A program made the position numbers and the translations under genes. Source: Planctomycetota bacterium (lineage in GTDB: Bacteria > Planctomycetota > B15-G4). From it: a DNA stretch of 64,000 bases. The notes under the pieces are model-generated. The model worked only from the letters and a program-made list of their open reading frames with translations, had not been told where the DNA came from and searched no databases. This document shows positions 10,001 through 20,400 of the stretch, one piece after another (the stretch's first letter is position 1; every line of letters begins with the position of its first letter). Location of the stretch: positions 128,001 through 192,000 of the forward strand of contig JBBQUR010000007.1 in assembly GCA_038212275.1 (NCBI GenBank), read 5' to 3'.

Positions 10001-10105
10001 CTCGCGCGAGGCTGAACCGCGCGAGGTCGCGTCTCTGGGATTCGGCGACCCCACTGGTTAGCTTCGCCGGTGCGTCGTCCTGACGCCATCGGGAGGTCCG
10101 GTCAC

Positions 10106-10633
10106 GTGTTGTCGACGCCTCGCCTTGCCGTCGTCGCTGCCGTGCTGGTGGGCGTGTGCGCTGGCGTCGGGTTCACGACCTTCCGCTATGCCGAGGGGCT
10201 CTCCTACCTCAGCACGGACCCGCAGGCCTGCGCCAACTGCCACATCATGCAGACGCAGTACGACTCCTGGCAGAAGGCGGGGCACCACACGGCGGCGACC
10301 TGCGTGGAGTGCCACCTGCCGCACGATTTCGCGGGCAAGTACATCGCCAAGGCGGTGAATGGCTGGAACCACAGCAAGGCCTTCACGCTGCAGGACTTCC
10401 CCGAGCCCATCCTCATCACGCCGCACAATGCGCAGATCCTGCAGGACAACTGCGTGCGCTGTCACGCCGGCCTCGTAGGCGACCTGGTCGGCCCCTTCAC
10501 CGGCTCATCCAGCGGACACGCAACCGGCGACACCGCGCGCTGCGTGCACTGCCATGCGCGAGTCGGCCACGGCGTGCGCGCCGGACTCGGCGGACCGTGG
10601 CGCGAACAACCTTCTTCGGAGCAAGACCCGTGA
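10106..10633 (+). CDS. nrfH: Cytochrome c nitrite reductase small subunit (tetraheme)
   Basis: N-terminal [18 protein letters not shown], four CxxCH motifs; GGGAGG ribosome-binding site before GTG 10106. Confidence 0.95.
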   Translation: MLSTPRLAVVAAVLVGVCAGVGFTTFRYAEGLSYLSTDPQACANCHIMQTQYDSWQKAGHHTAATCVECHLPHDFAGKYIAKAVNGWNHSKAFTLQDFPEPILITPHNAQILQDNCVRCHAGLVGDLVGPFTGSSSGHATGDTARCVHCHARVGHGVRAGLGGPWREQPSSEQDP

Positions 10634-12072
10634 CGAACTCGCCCCGCTCGCAGCGCGGCCGCGCCTGGCCCTACCTGCTGCTCATCGTGGTGATCGCCGC
10701 GGCGACGGCCGGAATCACCGCGCTGCTGCTCAACGTCGCCGACCGCAAGGCCGAGGGCCGCCAGCCCTACGTGCGTCTCGTCGAGGTGACCGAGGACACG
10801 ACCGACCCGGCGGTCTGGGGCACCAACTGGCCCAAGCAGTACGACACCTACAAGCTCACGGCCCTGCACACCGGCACGCGCTACGGCGGACACGGCGGCA
10901 GCGAGGCCCTGCCGCCCGAGAAGATCGAGCGCGATCCGTGGCTGAAGCGCATGTTCCTCGGCTACGCCTTCTCGATCGACTACCGCGACCGGCGCGGCCA
11001 CGCCTACATGCTGGACGACCAGCAGCAGACCGAGCGCCTGTCCAAGCCGCAGACGGGCTCGTGCCTGCACTGCCATGCGTCGATCATGCCGCTGTATCGC
11101 CAGCTCGGCGGCGGCGACGCGATGGCCGGCTTCGAGAAGACCTACGCGATGCCGTACGAGGAACTTGGCGCGCAGTTGAAGGCCTCGGGCCACGAGCACC
11201 CCGTCTCGTGCGTGGACTGCCACGACCCGCAGTCGATGGCGATCCGCGTCACGCGGCCAGGCTTCCTGCAGGGCATCGCGGCGCTCGCCGCGGGCGACGC
11301 GCCCGTGCCGGCAATGCCCTCCATCGAGCGCTGGCGCGCCGGCCCGCGCAGCGCGCCCTACGACCCGAACAAGGACGGTACGCGCGGCGAGATGCGCTCC
11401 TTTGTCTGCGGCCAGTGCCACGTCGAGTACTACTGCTCCAGCAAGTTCAAGCTGACCTTCCCGTGGAAGGCCGGCCTCACCGCAGACAACGTCGAGGCCA
11501 CGTGGAACGCCACCACGTTCGAGGGCGGCGAGCGCTTCTACGACTACAAGCATGCGGAGACCGGCGCGCCGATCCTCAAGGCGCAGCACCCGGAGTTCGA
11601 GCTGTGGAGCCAGGGCATCCACGCGCGCAGCGGCGTCGCGTGCGCTGACTGCCACATGCCCTACATGCGCGACGGCGCCACCAAGGTGTCCGACCATTGG
11701 GTGCGCAGCCCGCTGCTCAACATCGCCCGCGCCTGCCAGACCTGCCACGCCTTCCCCGAGGACGAGATGCGTGCGCGCGTGGACGCGATCCAGGACCGCA
11801 ACCACGAGCTGCTCCAGAACGGCGGCCGCGCGATCACGGATCTGATCGACGGCATCCTCGCCGCACGTGCCGAGGGCGCGAGCGATGCGCAGCTCGCGCC
11901 GGCGCTCGAGTTCCAGCGCAGCGCACAATGGCGCCTGGATTTCATCGCCGCCGAGAACTCGATGGGCTTCCACGCACCGCAGGAAGCGGCGCGCGTGCTC
12001 GGCGAAGCGGCCGATCTCGCGCGCCAGGGACAGGTGGCTGCCCTGCGCTGGGAGACGTCAGGTCAAAGGTAG
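10630..12072 (+). CDS. nrfA: Ammonia-forming pentaheme cytochrome c nitrite reductase (CxxCH heme-1 variant)
   Basis: Five heme motifs [58 protein letters not shown] overlap with nrfH. Confidence 0.95.
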   Translation: MTNSPRSQRGRAWPYLLLIVVIAAATAGITALLLNVADRKAEGRQPYVRLVEVTEDTTDPAVWGTNWPKQYDTYKLTALHTGTRYGGHGGSEALPPEKIERDPWLKRMFLGYAFSIDYRDRRGHAYMLDDQQQTERLSKPQTGSCLHCHASIMPLYRQLGGGDAMAGFEKTYAMPYEELGAQLKASGHEHPVSCVDCHDPQSMAIRVTRPGFLQGIAALAAGDAPVPAMPSIERWRAGPRSAPYDPNKDGTRGEMRSFVCGQCHVEYYCSSKFKLTFPWKAGLTADNVEATWNATTFEGGERFYDYKHAETGAPILKAQHPEFELWSQGIHARSGVACADCHMPYMRDGATKVSDHWVRSPLLNIARACQTCHAFPEDEMRARVDAIQDRNHELLQNGGRAITDLIDGILAARAEGASDAQLAPALEFQRSAQWRLDFIAAENSMGFHAPQEAARVLGEAADLARQGQVAALRWETSGQR

Positions 12073-12101
12073 TTGCCGTCGGGCCCGGACCATCCACGCA
12101 C

Positions 12102-12430
12102 GTGCCCGTGCCCGACCTGAACACCACGCTGGACGGCGGCGTACTCACCGCGCTGCTGGACTTCGAAGATCGCGACTCGCCCGGACTCTTCGAGGACCTG
12201 TGCGAGGGCTTCACGGAAACGGCGCGCCTGCTGCGGGTCGACTTGAACACGCTCGCGGGCTCGGGCCTCGACAGCGAGGAGATGCGCAAGCGCAGCCAGC
12301 GCTTCCGCGACCGCTGCATGGACCTCGGCGCCGGACGCATGGTGCTGCAACTCGACCGCCTGCTCACGCTGGCGCACCAGGAACAGCTCGTCACGCACGC
12401 TGCCGTCGCCGCAGCCGCGCGCGCCGCACT
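12102..12430 (+). pseudogene. Hpt-like helical domain lacking the phosphoacceptor His; probably truncated
   Basis: LDGGVLTALLDFE...GLFEDLCEGF...MDLGAGRM resembles the Hpt pattern; the frame runs into the convergent outer membrane factor gene. Confidence 0.4.
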
Positions 12431-13899
12431 CAGTGCGGCGGGGATCCGGCGGGCGGGGTTTCCGCGCGCGGCGCGGGAGGCACGGCCGGCTCGGCATCAA
12501 AGCTGCCGCCCAGCGCGAGCAGCAGCTGTACGCGATTCACGCGCTGAAGGCCGAGCAGCTTGATCACCAGCGCGTGCGACTCGAGCGCCTCGGACTGGAG
12601 GTTGGCCACCCACAGCAGGTCCCGGGCTCCCGCGCGGTACTGAATGCCCGCAAGGCGCACGGCCTCCTCCTGGCTGCGCAGCGAGCTCGCGGACAGCGGC
12701 AGGCCCTTCGCGATGAGGCGTTCGTTCGTGAGCCCGTCTTCGACCTCGCGAAACGCGGTCAGCACCATTGATCCGTAGCGGGCCACGGCCTGCGCCTGCT
12801 CCGCAGTGGCGATCTCGATGTTGGCGCGCAGGGCGCCGCCCTCGTAGATCGGGATGGTCGCGCCGATGGCGCCGGTCGCGAGCCACGGGTTGAGGCGCAG
12901 CGTGGAGAGGAGCTGGTCGCCGAGGCGCCCGGCCGCGAGGGAGAGGCCGACGTCGGGGAGCAGGGCGAGCTCCGCGGATTCCTGCTGCCGGAACGCGGCC
13001 AGCACCTCGCGCTCGGCGGCTACCAGGTCGGGCCGGCGCTGCAGCAGGCCGAGCGGCACGCCGGATTCGATGGTCGGCAGCAGCGGGGGGTAGTCGGTGG
13101 CCGCTGCGATCTCGGCGGACGGATAGCGCCCGAGAAGTTGCTCGAGGGCGCGCCGCGCTTTATCGAAAGTCGCGCGCGCGGCCTCCACGCTGGCGCGCGC
13201 CGACTCCAGCTTGGCGTTCGTCTCGGCCACGTCGAGGTCCGTGTCCTTGCCAGCGCGGCGACGCACGCTCACCAGATCGGACAGCTCGCCGAAGACCTGG
13301 ACGGCCTGCTCGGACAGCGCGAGGAGCTGGTGCGTCTCGATCACGAGGTACCAGCTCTTCGCGACCGTGGCCACGAGTGACTGCCGTGCACGCGAGTAGT
13401 CCAGCGCGGCGGCCTCGGAGCCGGCCTCCGCCGCGGCGCGCTGCGCACGCAGCCGTCCCCAGAGGTCCAGCTCCCAGCTCGCGGTGGCAAAGGCCTGATT
13501 CGAGCTGAAGTATTCGGCGTTGTCCGAATCGCGCGTGCTGCGCGCGCCGAGCACTGCTCCCACCTGCGGGAGCAGTGCCGCCCCCACGATGACGACCGAC
13601 TGCTGCGCGATGATCACGCGCTCCACAGCCTGGATGAGGTCGCGGTTGTTGGCGAGCGCCTCGGCCACCAGCGCCTCGAGCACCGGGTCGTCGAGCGAGC
13701 GCAGCCAGTCGTCGGGCACGGGCTCGGCTTCCGGCGGCGCGGCGCCGTCCGCAGCGGCCGACCACGCGGGCGGGATACTGGTGCTTTCCGGCAGCGCGCG
13801 GGCCGTGATGTCTTCGTGGGTCGGCGGAGGAGCGAGCTCGCAGCCAGCAAGCACCGCCGCGAGGAGCAGCACGGCAGGGCTCTGGCGGAACGCGCTCAT
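12430..13899 (-). CDS. Outer membrane efflux lipoprotein (TolC/NodT/OprM family)
   Basis: Lipobox LAGC, ALANNRDL, SWELDLWGR, LLQRRPDL, ALGG; ATGA overlap with the HlyD gene. Confidence 0.93.
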   Translation of the reverse strand: MSAFRQSPAVLLLAAVLAGCELAPPPTHEDITARALPESTSIPPAWSAAADGAAPPEAEPVPDDWLRSLDDPVLEALVAEALANNRDLIQAVERVIIAQQSVVIVGAALLPQVGAVLGARSTRDSDNAEYFSSNQAFATASWELDLWGRLRAQRAAAEAGSEAAALDYSRARQSLVATVAKSWYLVIETHQLLALSEQAVQVFGELSDLVSVRRRAGKDTDLDVAETNAKLESARASVEAARATFDKARRALEQLLGRYPSAEIAAATDYPPLLPTIESGVPLGLLQRRPDLVAAEREVLAAFRQQESAELALLPDVGLSLAAGRLGDQLLSTLRLNPWLATGAIGATIPIYEGGALRANIEIATAEQAQAVARYGSMVLTAFREVEDGLTNERLIAKGLPLSASSLRSQEEAVRLAGIQYRAGARDLLWVANLQSEALESHALVIKLLGLQRVNRVQLLLALGGSFDAEPAVPPAPRAETPPAGSPPH

Positions 13900-15050
13900 C
13901 CGGAGAAGGGGTAGAGCCAGTTGAACCACGAGTAGGAGCGCAGCGCGATCTTGCGCAGGATCACGAAGCCGCTGTCGGGGTTGGTGTAAATCGCAGCGCG
14001 GCCCTGCGTGCCGATGGGGAACAGCGACGGATCCTCGCCGTCGAGCGCGATGGCCACGGCGAACTGTCCCTGCGGGATGTCGGCGGGCTCCGCCTGGAAA
14101 TTCGGCAGTGTGCCGCTGGGCAGCATCTGCCCCGCGCCGCTCCCCTGCCAGATGGCGAGTACCTTGCCGGGGAAGACCTGGCCCGGATACAGGTCGAGCG
14201 CCGTCTCCACGAACTGGCCGGGCTTCACGTACTTCAGGTTCTCCTGGAAGTAGTGCGCCAGCAGATAGCGGTCCGCGTCGCAGACGAGGGAGGCGATGGC
14301 GCCGAAGCGCACCTCTCCCGCCACCATGCCCGGGCGCACCTGCAGATTGATGATGGTGCCGTCCTCGGGCGCCACCATGAGCGTGTTGTCGAGATAGTAG
14401 AGCGCCTGATCGAGCTCCGCCTGGACCGACGCCACGGTCGTGTTCACGCCATCGATGTCGGTCGTGAGGTGCAGGCGCGCGCGCAGTTCATCGGCCTGCG
14501 CCTGCTGGATGCCGGCTTCGTTGGCAGCCACCTGAGCAGACCACTTCTGGCTGTCCTCCTCGGGGCCTGCTCCCTGGCCGGCCAGGTCCGCAGAAAGCTT
14601 CTGCTGATACTGCGCGTACACCAGCTCGCTGCGAAGCTGCACCACCTTCTGCGTGGCGGCTGCGAGGTCGGCCTGCATGACGAGCACGTCCTGCTTCGCG
14701 CGGGCCAACTCGGCCTGGAACTGCCGGACCTTATACTCGTAGGGACGGCGGTCGAACTGGAACAGCGGCGTCCCCTTCGCGACGTGCCGGTTCGGCTCGA
14801 CGAGCACGGCCGTCACGAGCGTGGGTTCAGAGAGCCGCGGCGTGAGCTGGATCGTGTGCTGGATCAGCGTGGCCTCCGTGCTGCACGGCGTCACGAAGCG
14901 CAGGCCGATCATGAAGATGATGAGGATGTGCAACCCGAATGCGACGGACACGACGCCCCAGGCGATGCTGAACTTGATCCACTGGAAGCGGAAGAAGACC
15001 AGCCAGCACAGGGCCACGTAGCCGAAGAGCACGACGAAGGCGGTGATCAT
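13896..15050 (-). CDS. HlyD-family membrane fusion protein (YiaV-like)
   Basis: Two N-terminal TMs, VAKGTPLFQFD, APEDGTIINLQVRPG, FQENLKYVKPGQ. Confidence 0.9.
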   Translation of the reverse strand: MITAFVVLFGYVALCWLVFFRFQWIKFSIAWGVVSVAFGLHILIIFMIGLRFVTPCSTEATLIQHTIQLTPRLSEPTLVTAVLVEPNRHVAKGTPLFQFDRRPYEYKVRQFQAELARAKQDVLVMQADLAAATQKVVQLRSELVYAQYQQKLSADLAGQGAGPEEDSQKWSAQVAANEAGIQQAQADELRARLHLTTDIDGVNTTVASVQAELDQALYYLDNTLMVAPEDGTIINLQVRPGMVAGEVRFGAIASLVCDADRYLLAHYFQENLKYVKPGQFVETALDLYPGQVFPGKVLAIWQGSGAGQMLPSGTLPNFQAEPADIPQGQFAVAIALDGEDPSLFPIGTQGRAAIYTNPDSGFVILRKIALRSYSWFNWLYPFSG

Positions 15051-15063
15051 CGCGGCGCGGCCT

Positions 15064-15504
15064 TCAGGCCTTCGGGCCGGGGGATGGTGGCGGCTCGGGT
15101 GGCGGCGGGCCGGGTTCGCCGGGGTGCTTGCCGGCACCTGGTGCCGGCGGCCTCGCACGCGGCGCGGCGGCGGGTGCGGGCGCGGTGGCGGGCGGCGGCG
15201 TGCCGCCGAGGCGCGCGATGTCGGCGTCGATGGCCTGCGCTTCCGCTTGCGGGAAGCGGCGGATGTCCACGATCTCCGTGGGCTTGTAGGCCCAGATGAA
15301 GGCCTGCACCCACGGGTAGATGGTGGGCAGCAAGCCGGCCCAGCCGAGCAGCTTCACCGCTTCCGCATCGGGGTGCTTGCGCGCGACGGCGATGCGGCCG
15401 GGCAGGCCGGCCATCCAGACCCAAGCGGCCACGAGCCCCACGCCGCACAGCGCCAGCGTGAGGAAAGTGAGGTAGTCCCAGAGGTCGAGTTGAAAGCCGA
15501 GCAC
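15064..15504 (-). CDS. DUF3302 (YiaW-like) small membrane protein
   Basis: LPGRIAVARKHPDAEAVKLLGW...AFIWAY; GGAGG ribosome-binding site 5 nt before GTG. Confidence 0.88.
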   Translation of the reverse strand: MLGFQLDLWDYLTFLTLALCGVGLVAAWVWMAGLPGRIAVARKHPDAEAVKLLGWAGLLPTIYPWVQAFIWAYKPTEIVDIRRFPQAEAQAIDADIARLGGTPPPATAPAPAAAPRARPPAPGAGKHPGEPGPPPPEPPPSPGPKA

Positions 15505-15707
15505 GTTGCCTCCGTTGCACTCCAAGTTTTACCTGCGTGCACGACAGGCCTTTCCCGCGCGGCCCGAGAATAGCGACGCACGCCTGCGAATGCGACGGCG
15601 GAGCGTACCTGCAGACCACGTGCCAGTCTGCGGGCAGCCGCGGGGTGCGCCCGGAGACGCCGCCCACTGGCATGTCGGCCGCCGCGGACGGTGCGCGGTG
15701 CCACCCG

Positions 15708-15930
15708 ATGCTGGAGTCCCGCGTGAAGCTGCTCGCTGCCTTCGTGCTCGTCGTGTCGCTCGTGCCGGCCTGCTCGTCTCCGCCCAACACCTCCGGCGGC
15801 CCCGCCGGCGAGAAGCGCGCGATGGAGATCGCCGACTTCTACCGCTGCGCGACCGTGGCCTTCTTCTACCGGGAACACCTCGACTGCTTCGACGAGTACC
15901 TCGGCGGCGAGCCTGCGGCGCAGGGCGCCG
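15708..15930 (+). pseudogene. Possible internally deleted S9-peptidase lipoprotein remnant
   Basis: Lipoprotein signal plus KRAMEIADFY joined directly to FFYREHLDCFDEYLGGEP. Confidence 0.35.
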
Positions 15931-16029
15931 CGGGGCAACCGCGCTGCGGTGGACGCCCCGCGTACGGAAAGCGTGCGGGCCGCTCCCGCTGTCGGGAACG
16001 GCCCGCTTGTTTCACAAAAGAAACCGAGG

Positions 16030-18648
16030 CTATTCGCGGCCGGCTCCGACCTTCTTGAGCGCTTCCTCGAACGTCTTGATGTCCGCGGGCGACAACTGCG
16101 GCCGATCGACTGCGATCGTCAGCTTGTCGAGCTTGGCGGTCAGCGGGAACGGCGGCATGTAGTCCTCGTCGTTGACGCCGGTGATCGTGTCGGAGCCGAC
16201 GTCGAAGCTCTCATCCCATTGCAGGATCATCGGGATCGTCTTCTCCATCCTCATGGTCGCGACGACCTTGCCGTCCACCTTGAACGTGGTGTCGGCAGGC
16301 CGGCCGATGCCTGAGAAGTTGTTGAAGGCCATCGTTCCCACGCCGAGGCCGTCGTACTTCGATTCGAACTCGATGGTATGCCTGCCGGGCGAGAGCGCGT
16401 CCGGGCCTTCCCATCTTGGGCGCTCCAGATCGAGCAGGTTCCAGCAGAACACCGGCTTGCCCTTGACCAGATACATGCCGAAGCCGGCGAACCGGCCGCC
16501 GGAGGTCACGATCATGCCCTCGGCGCCGCCTTCGGGCACCGTGATGTCCGCAGTGATGGTGAATGAGGTGTCGAGCAGGAACGGCGCATCACCCTGCGGC
16601 AAGCCGGTCATGGGATGCGTGTACACATACTCATTCCGACCCGCAGTGAGGCTCGGACGTGCGGCGGCAATCCGGGCGCCGACCGACGCATCCAGCGGAA
16701 GCACCTGATACTTCTCCGCTTCCTCGAGGAACATCGCGCGCATCTCCTTGACCTTGTCCGGATGCTGCGCGGCGACGTCTTCGGACTGGTTCCAACTGGT
16801 GCTCAGGTCGTAGAGCTGGAAGATCTGATTGTTCAACGGATCCGGGTTGGCCGCCGAGAAGGCATCCCACGGCACGCGGTTGACCTTGGTGCTCATGATC
16901 CAGCCGTCGTGGTAAATCGCCCGCTGGCCCATCATCTCGAAGTACTGAGTCAGGTGCCTGGACGGCGCCTTCGCGTTCTTCGCATCAAAGGTGTAGGCGT
17001 AGCTCGTGCCCTCGATCGGCTTCTGATCGATGCCGTCCACGACTTCGGGCGCCGCGATGCCGGTGACCTCCAGGATCGTGGGCACGTGATCGATCACGTG
17101 CATGAACTGATCGCGCAGGCCGCCCTTGTCCTTGATGCGGTTGGGCCACTGGATCACCATGTTCTGGCCGGTGCCGCCGAGACGGGACGCGTTCTGCTTG
17201 AACCAGTCGAAGGGCGTGTCGAAGGCCCAGGACCACCCGGCCGACATGTGGTTGTAGGCGAACTCGGTGCCCCAGGCTTCGTAGAACTTCGTCTGCACTT
17301 CCACCGACGGATGCACACCGTTGAAGAACGCGACCTCGCTGAACGTGCCGTCCGGCCCGCCTTCGGCGCTCGTGCCGTTGTCGCCGTTCTGGTAGATGAT
17401 CAGCGTGTTGTCGAGCTTGCCGAGATCCTCGAAATGCTGGATCACGCGACCGATCTCGTAGTCGTTGTAGGCGACAAAGGCGGCGAAGACCTCGACCTGG
17501 CGGATGTAGAGCTTCTTCGCCTCGTCGCTCAGCTTGTCCCAAGGCGTCAGGATGTCACCGGGCCACGGAGTGAGTTTCTGGCCCTTGGGAATCACTCCGA
17601 GCCGCTGCTGGTTCGCGAAGATGCGTTCACGCAGCTTCTCGTAGCCGTCGTCGAAGAGGTGCATCGCGTGGATCTTGTCCACCCACTCCTTGGTCGGGTG
17701 GTGCGGCGCATGCGAAGCGCCGGGGCAGTAGTGCAGGAAAATTGGCTGACTCGGGTCGGTCTGGTTGATCCGGTCCATCCAGTCGATGGCGTCATCGGCC
17801 ATCGCGGTGATCAGGTTCCAGGAACTCTCCTTGCCGGTGACTGGCCAGATTGCCGCCTTGGGATCCGAGCGATCCATCTTCAAGGTGCTCGGGTAGTCCT
17901 TGAAGGGATAGATCTGCGTGGTGTTGCGGAAGAGATTCGGCCCCCACTGGTTCGCGTCACCGCCGACGAAGCCATAGAAGTAGTCGAAGCCCATGCCGGT
18001 GGGCCACTGGGTGAACGGCCCGGCCTGGCTGGCTTCGTAGGTTGGCGTGTTGTGATTCTTGCCGAACCACGACGTCGCGTAGCCGTTGTCGCGCAGGATG
18101 CGGCCGATCGTCGCGTTGTCCGCGCCGATGACGCTGTCGTAGCCGGGGAAGCCGGTGGCCTGCTCGGAGATCACGCCGAAGCCCACCGAGTGGTGGTTGC
18201 GCCCGGTGATCAGCGCTGCGCGCGTCGGCGAGCACAGCGACGTGGAGAAGATGCGGTTGTAGCGCAGCCCGTTCGCCGCGATGCGGTCCATCGTGGGCGT
18301 CGGGATGACGCCGCCGAAGGTGCTCGGCACGCCAAAGCCGGAATCGTCGGTCAGGATGAGCAGAACGTTCGGCGCGTCCTTCGGCGGCACGACGCGCGGC
18401 GCCCACCAGGGCTTGGAACTCAGCGCATCGTCCTCGATCACGCCGCCGAACTCCGGCTGGGGGGACGGCAACTGGGTGCCGGGGATGGTCGTCGTGGCGC
18501 TGGGCGAGCCCATGGTGCCGGTGACCTGCACGACGCCTGCCTCCTGGTGCACGGAGCTGTTGCCATGCGAGGCGCAGCCTGCGATGAGCAGAATCGCAGC
18601 GCCACGAGTCAGCGTGCTGCCCGGGAATCGTGTGCGACGGGTCTTCAT
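16030..18648 (-). CDS. Arylsulfatase, Cys-type, lipoprotein
   Basis: Lipobox IAGC, PNVLLILTDD, CSPTRAALITGR (CxPxR), GKNH, GDNG; AGAGGA ribosome-binding site before ATG 18648. Confidence 0.95.
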   Translation of the reverse strand: MKTRRTRFPGSTLTRGAAILLIAGCASHGNSSVHQEAGVVQVTGTMGSPSATTTIPGTQLPSPQPEFGGVIEDDALSSKPWWAPRVVPPKDAPNVLLILTDDSGFGVPSTFGGVIPTPTMDRIAANGLRYNRIFSTSLCSPTRAALITGRNHHSVGFGVISEQATGFPGYDSVIGADNATIGRILRDNGYATSWFGKNHNTPTYEASQAGPFTQWPTGMGFDYFYGFVGGDANQWGPNLFRNTTQIYPFKDYPSTLKMDRSDPKAAIWPVTGKESSWNLITAMADDAIDWMDRINQTDPSQPIFLHYCPGASHAPHHPTKEWVDKIHAMHLFDDGYEKLRERIFANQQRLGVIPKGQKLTPWPGDILTPWDKLSDEAKKLYIRQVEVFAAFVAYNDYEIGRVIQHFEDLGKLDNTLIIYQNGDNGTSAEGGPDGTFSEVAFFNGVHPSVEVQTKFYEAWGTEFAYNHMSAGWSWAFDTPFDWFKQNASRLGGTGQNMVIQWPNRIKDKGGLRDQFMHVIDHVPTILEVTGIAAPEVVDGIDQKPIEGTSYAYTFDAKNAKAPSRHLTQYFEMMGQRAIYHDGWIMSTKVNRVPWDAFSAANPDPLNNQIFQLYDLSTSWNQSEDVAAQHPDKVKEMRAMFLEEAEKYQVLPLDASVGARIAAARPSLTAGRNEYVYTHPMTGLPQGDAPFLLDTSFTITADITVPEGGAEGMIVTSGGRFAGFGMYLVKGKPVFCWNLLDLERPRWEGPDALSPGRHTIEFESKYDGLGVGTMAFNNFSGIGRPADTTFKVDGKVVATMRMEKTIPMILQWDESFDVGSDTITGVNDEDYMPPFPLTAKLDKLTIAVDRPQLSPADIKTFEEALKKVGAGRE

Positions 18649-18899
18649 GTCCTCTCCTCTTGCTGCATCGGGATGAACGGTCGGGCGCGACGAGTCGTGC
18701 CCGGAACAGCTTCGCGATCCGGTTGCCGAAGGGCAAGCCGGAGAGCGGAGATCTTGTCGGACGGTGTCTCGTACCTCAAGACCCGCGACATCCGCTGGAT
18801 GCCGGAGCGGCACGTCGGCGCCTGCGCCTGCGCCTCTCCCGGCGGGGACGCCGCCGGTCTGCTCCGCGACGTCGGTGACTTCGCCGGCTTCGGCGGACT

Positions 18900-19175
18900 C
18901 CGCGCATCGAAGCGCGCCTGCATCTCGCGCAGCTTGAGCACGCCGTGAAACACCGTGACCAGCATGGCGAGCACGAGCGTGCCGACGAAGGCCTTCTCGG
19001 TGCCGAAGTTGCCCTGCCGGTTGGCGACGCAGCCCGCGATGGTCAAGTCGAGGATGCCGAGGTTGATGAGCCAGTTCACTGCCTTCGACACGACGAAGTG
19101 CAGCGTTCCGAACGCGGCGAGCTGATTCAGCATGAAGGGCAGGATCGCCGCCTCCGGAATCAGTTGCGCGTACAA
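18900..19175 (-). pseudogene. Fragment of an unknown membrane protein
   Basis: Hydrophobic segments with coding-like codon usage but no clear start; flanked by other fragments. Confidence 0.3.
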
Positions 19176-19329
19176 CCTGGCGTGGACGCACCACGTCGGT
19201 GGTGCGGAGCCGCACGAACTCGAACACGAACACTTGCCCGAGCCGGGCGCCGCGCCGCACGTGCATGAGCTCGTCGACGCCGGCTCTGCCGCAGGCGCAG
19301 ACGGCGACGGGCGCCTTGGCCGACTTCGG

Positions 19330-19683
19330 CCGGGACGCGATCCTCGAGCTGAATGGCGTTCGCCGCGAGGAGGTCACGCAGGACGGATCCCGCGACGACG
19401 ACACGGGTGGCGCACGTTGTACGACCTGCTGCGCGACGTGCCGGGCTGGGTCTCTCCGGTGGGGCGGCAGGATCGCGATACGTCAGGCCTGCTGCTGCTC
19501 ACCAACGACACGCAGCTCGCGGACGCGGTCACGGATCCGATGAGTCACCCGCCGAACTCATATCGCGTGAAGGCCGCGACGCTGCTGACTGACGCGCAGC
19601 TACAGGCCCTGCGCGACGGTGTGCGCCCCGATCACGGCCCGACGTGCCCCGCGCAGGTCGAGCGCCTGCGCGGCGGCGCGTGA
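19330..19683 (+). pseudogene. Truncated, frameshifted RsuA/RluB-family pseudouridine synthase
   Basis: TLYDLL...PVGRQDRDTSGLLLLTND (canonical GRLDxxTSGLLLLTND); premature stop, C-terminal part missing. Confidence 0.8.
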
Positions 19684-19725
19684 GCGGCAGGCTGTGCGAC
19701 AGCACGGGGTGGTGCGAGCCGGCCT

Positions 19726-19754
19726 TTCAACTCGGTCCCCACAGTCGGTAGACT
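19726..19754 (+). promoter_or_regulatory. Putative sigma70-type promoter
   Basis: TTCAAC-17 bp-TAGACT upstream of an AGGAG ribosome-binding site and ATG 19799. Confidence 0.35.
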
Positions 19755-19798
19755 CCCCGCCCTTGTCAGGAAGCCCGAAACATTCAGGAGAAGATGCC

Positions 19799-20383
19799 AT
19801 GCAGAAGCACTTGAAGACTCTCGTGCTCGGGGCGCTGCCCTTTCTTGCCGCCTCCCTCATCGCAGGCTGCGCGTCGACGCCGACGGCGCCGAGGCATGCG
19901 CAGGTCACCGATGAAGTCTCCGCCGAAGCCTCGGTCCTGGGCGTGAACAAGGCCTCGCGTGACATCACGATCCAGCGTCCCGATGGCGAGATCCTGGTGA
20001 TCGTCGCCGGGCCGGCGGTCCGGAACTTCGACCAGATCAAGGCGGGCGACAAGGTCGTCGCGCAGTACACCGTGTCCCTCGCGGCCCGTGTGCTCGCAGC
20101 GGGCGAGCCCGACACGGCGCCCGTCGCGGGCCTGGCAGCGGGTCGCGCCGAGACGGGACAAATGCCGGCCGGGGCGATCGGTGCGGGCGTGGCGCTGACC
20201 GTGAAGGTGCAAAGCGTCGACAAGGCGCAGCACATCGTGACGTTCACCGGCCCGGATGGCCGCATGCATGTCATGCGTGCCCAGCGCGACGAGGGCAAGG
20301 AGTTCGTCGATGGCCTCAAGTCCGGCGATCGCGTGGAACTGATCTACAAGGAGGCCGTTGCGATCTCGGTCAGCGCCAAGTAG
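19799..20383 (+). CDS. Lipoprotein with two OB-fold-like repeats, function unknown
   Basis: Lipobox IAGC; repeated pattern IKAGDKVVAQY / LKSGDRVELIY. Confidence 0.8.
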   Translation: MQKHLKTLVLGALPFLAASLIAGCASTPTAPRHAQVTDEVSAEASVLGVNKASRDITIQRPDGEILVIVAGPAVRNFDQIKAGDKVVAQYTVSLAARVLAAGEPDTAPVAGLAAGRAETGQMPAGAIGAGVALTVKVQSVDKAQHIVTFTGPDGRMHVMRAQRDEGKEFVDGLKSGDRVELIYKEAVAISVSAK

Positions 20384-20400
20384 GCACGGGAGAAGCCCGC

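Noticed and set aside
18649..19404. 1124-aa extended sulfatase
   Set aside because: A ribosome-binding site, ATG and lipoprotein signal at 18648 define the real start; the extension crosses unrelated fragments.
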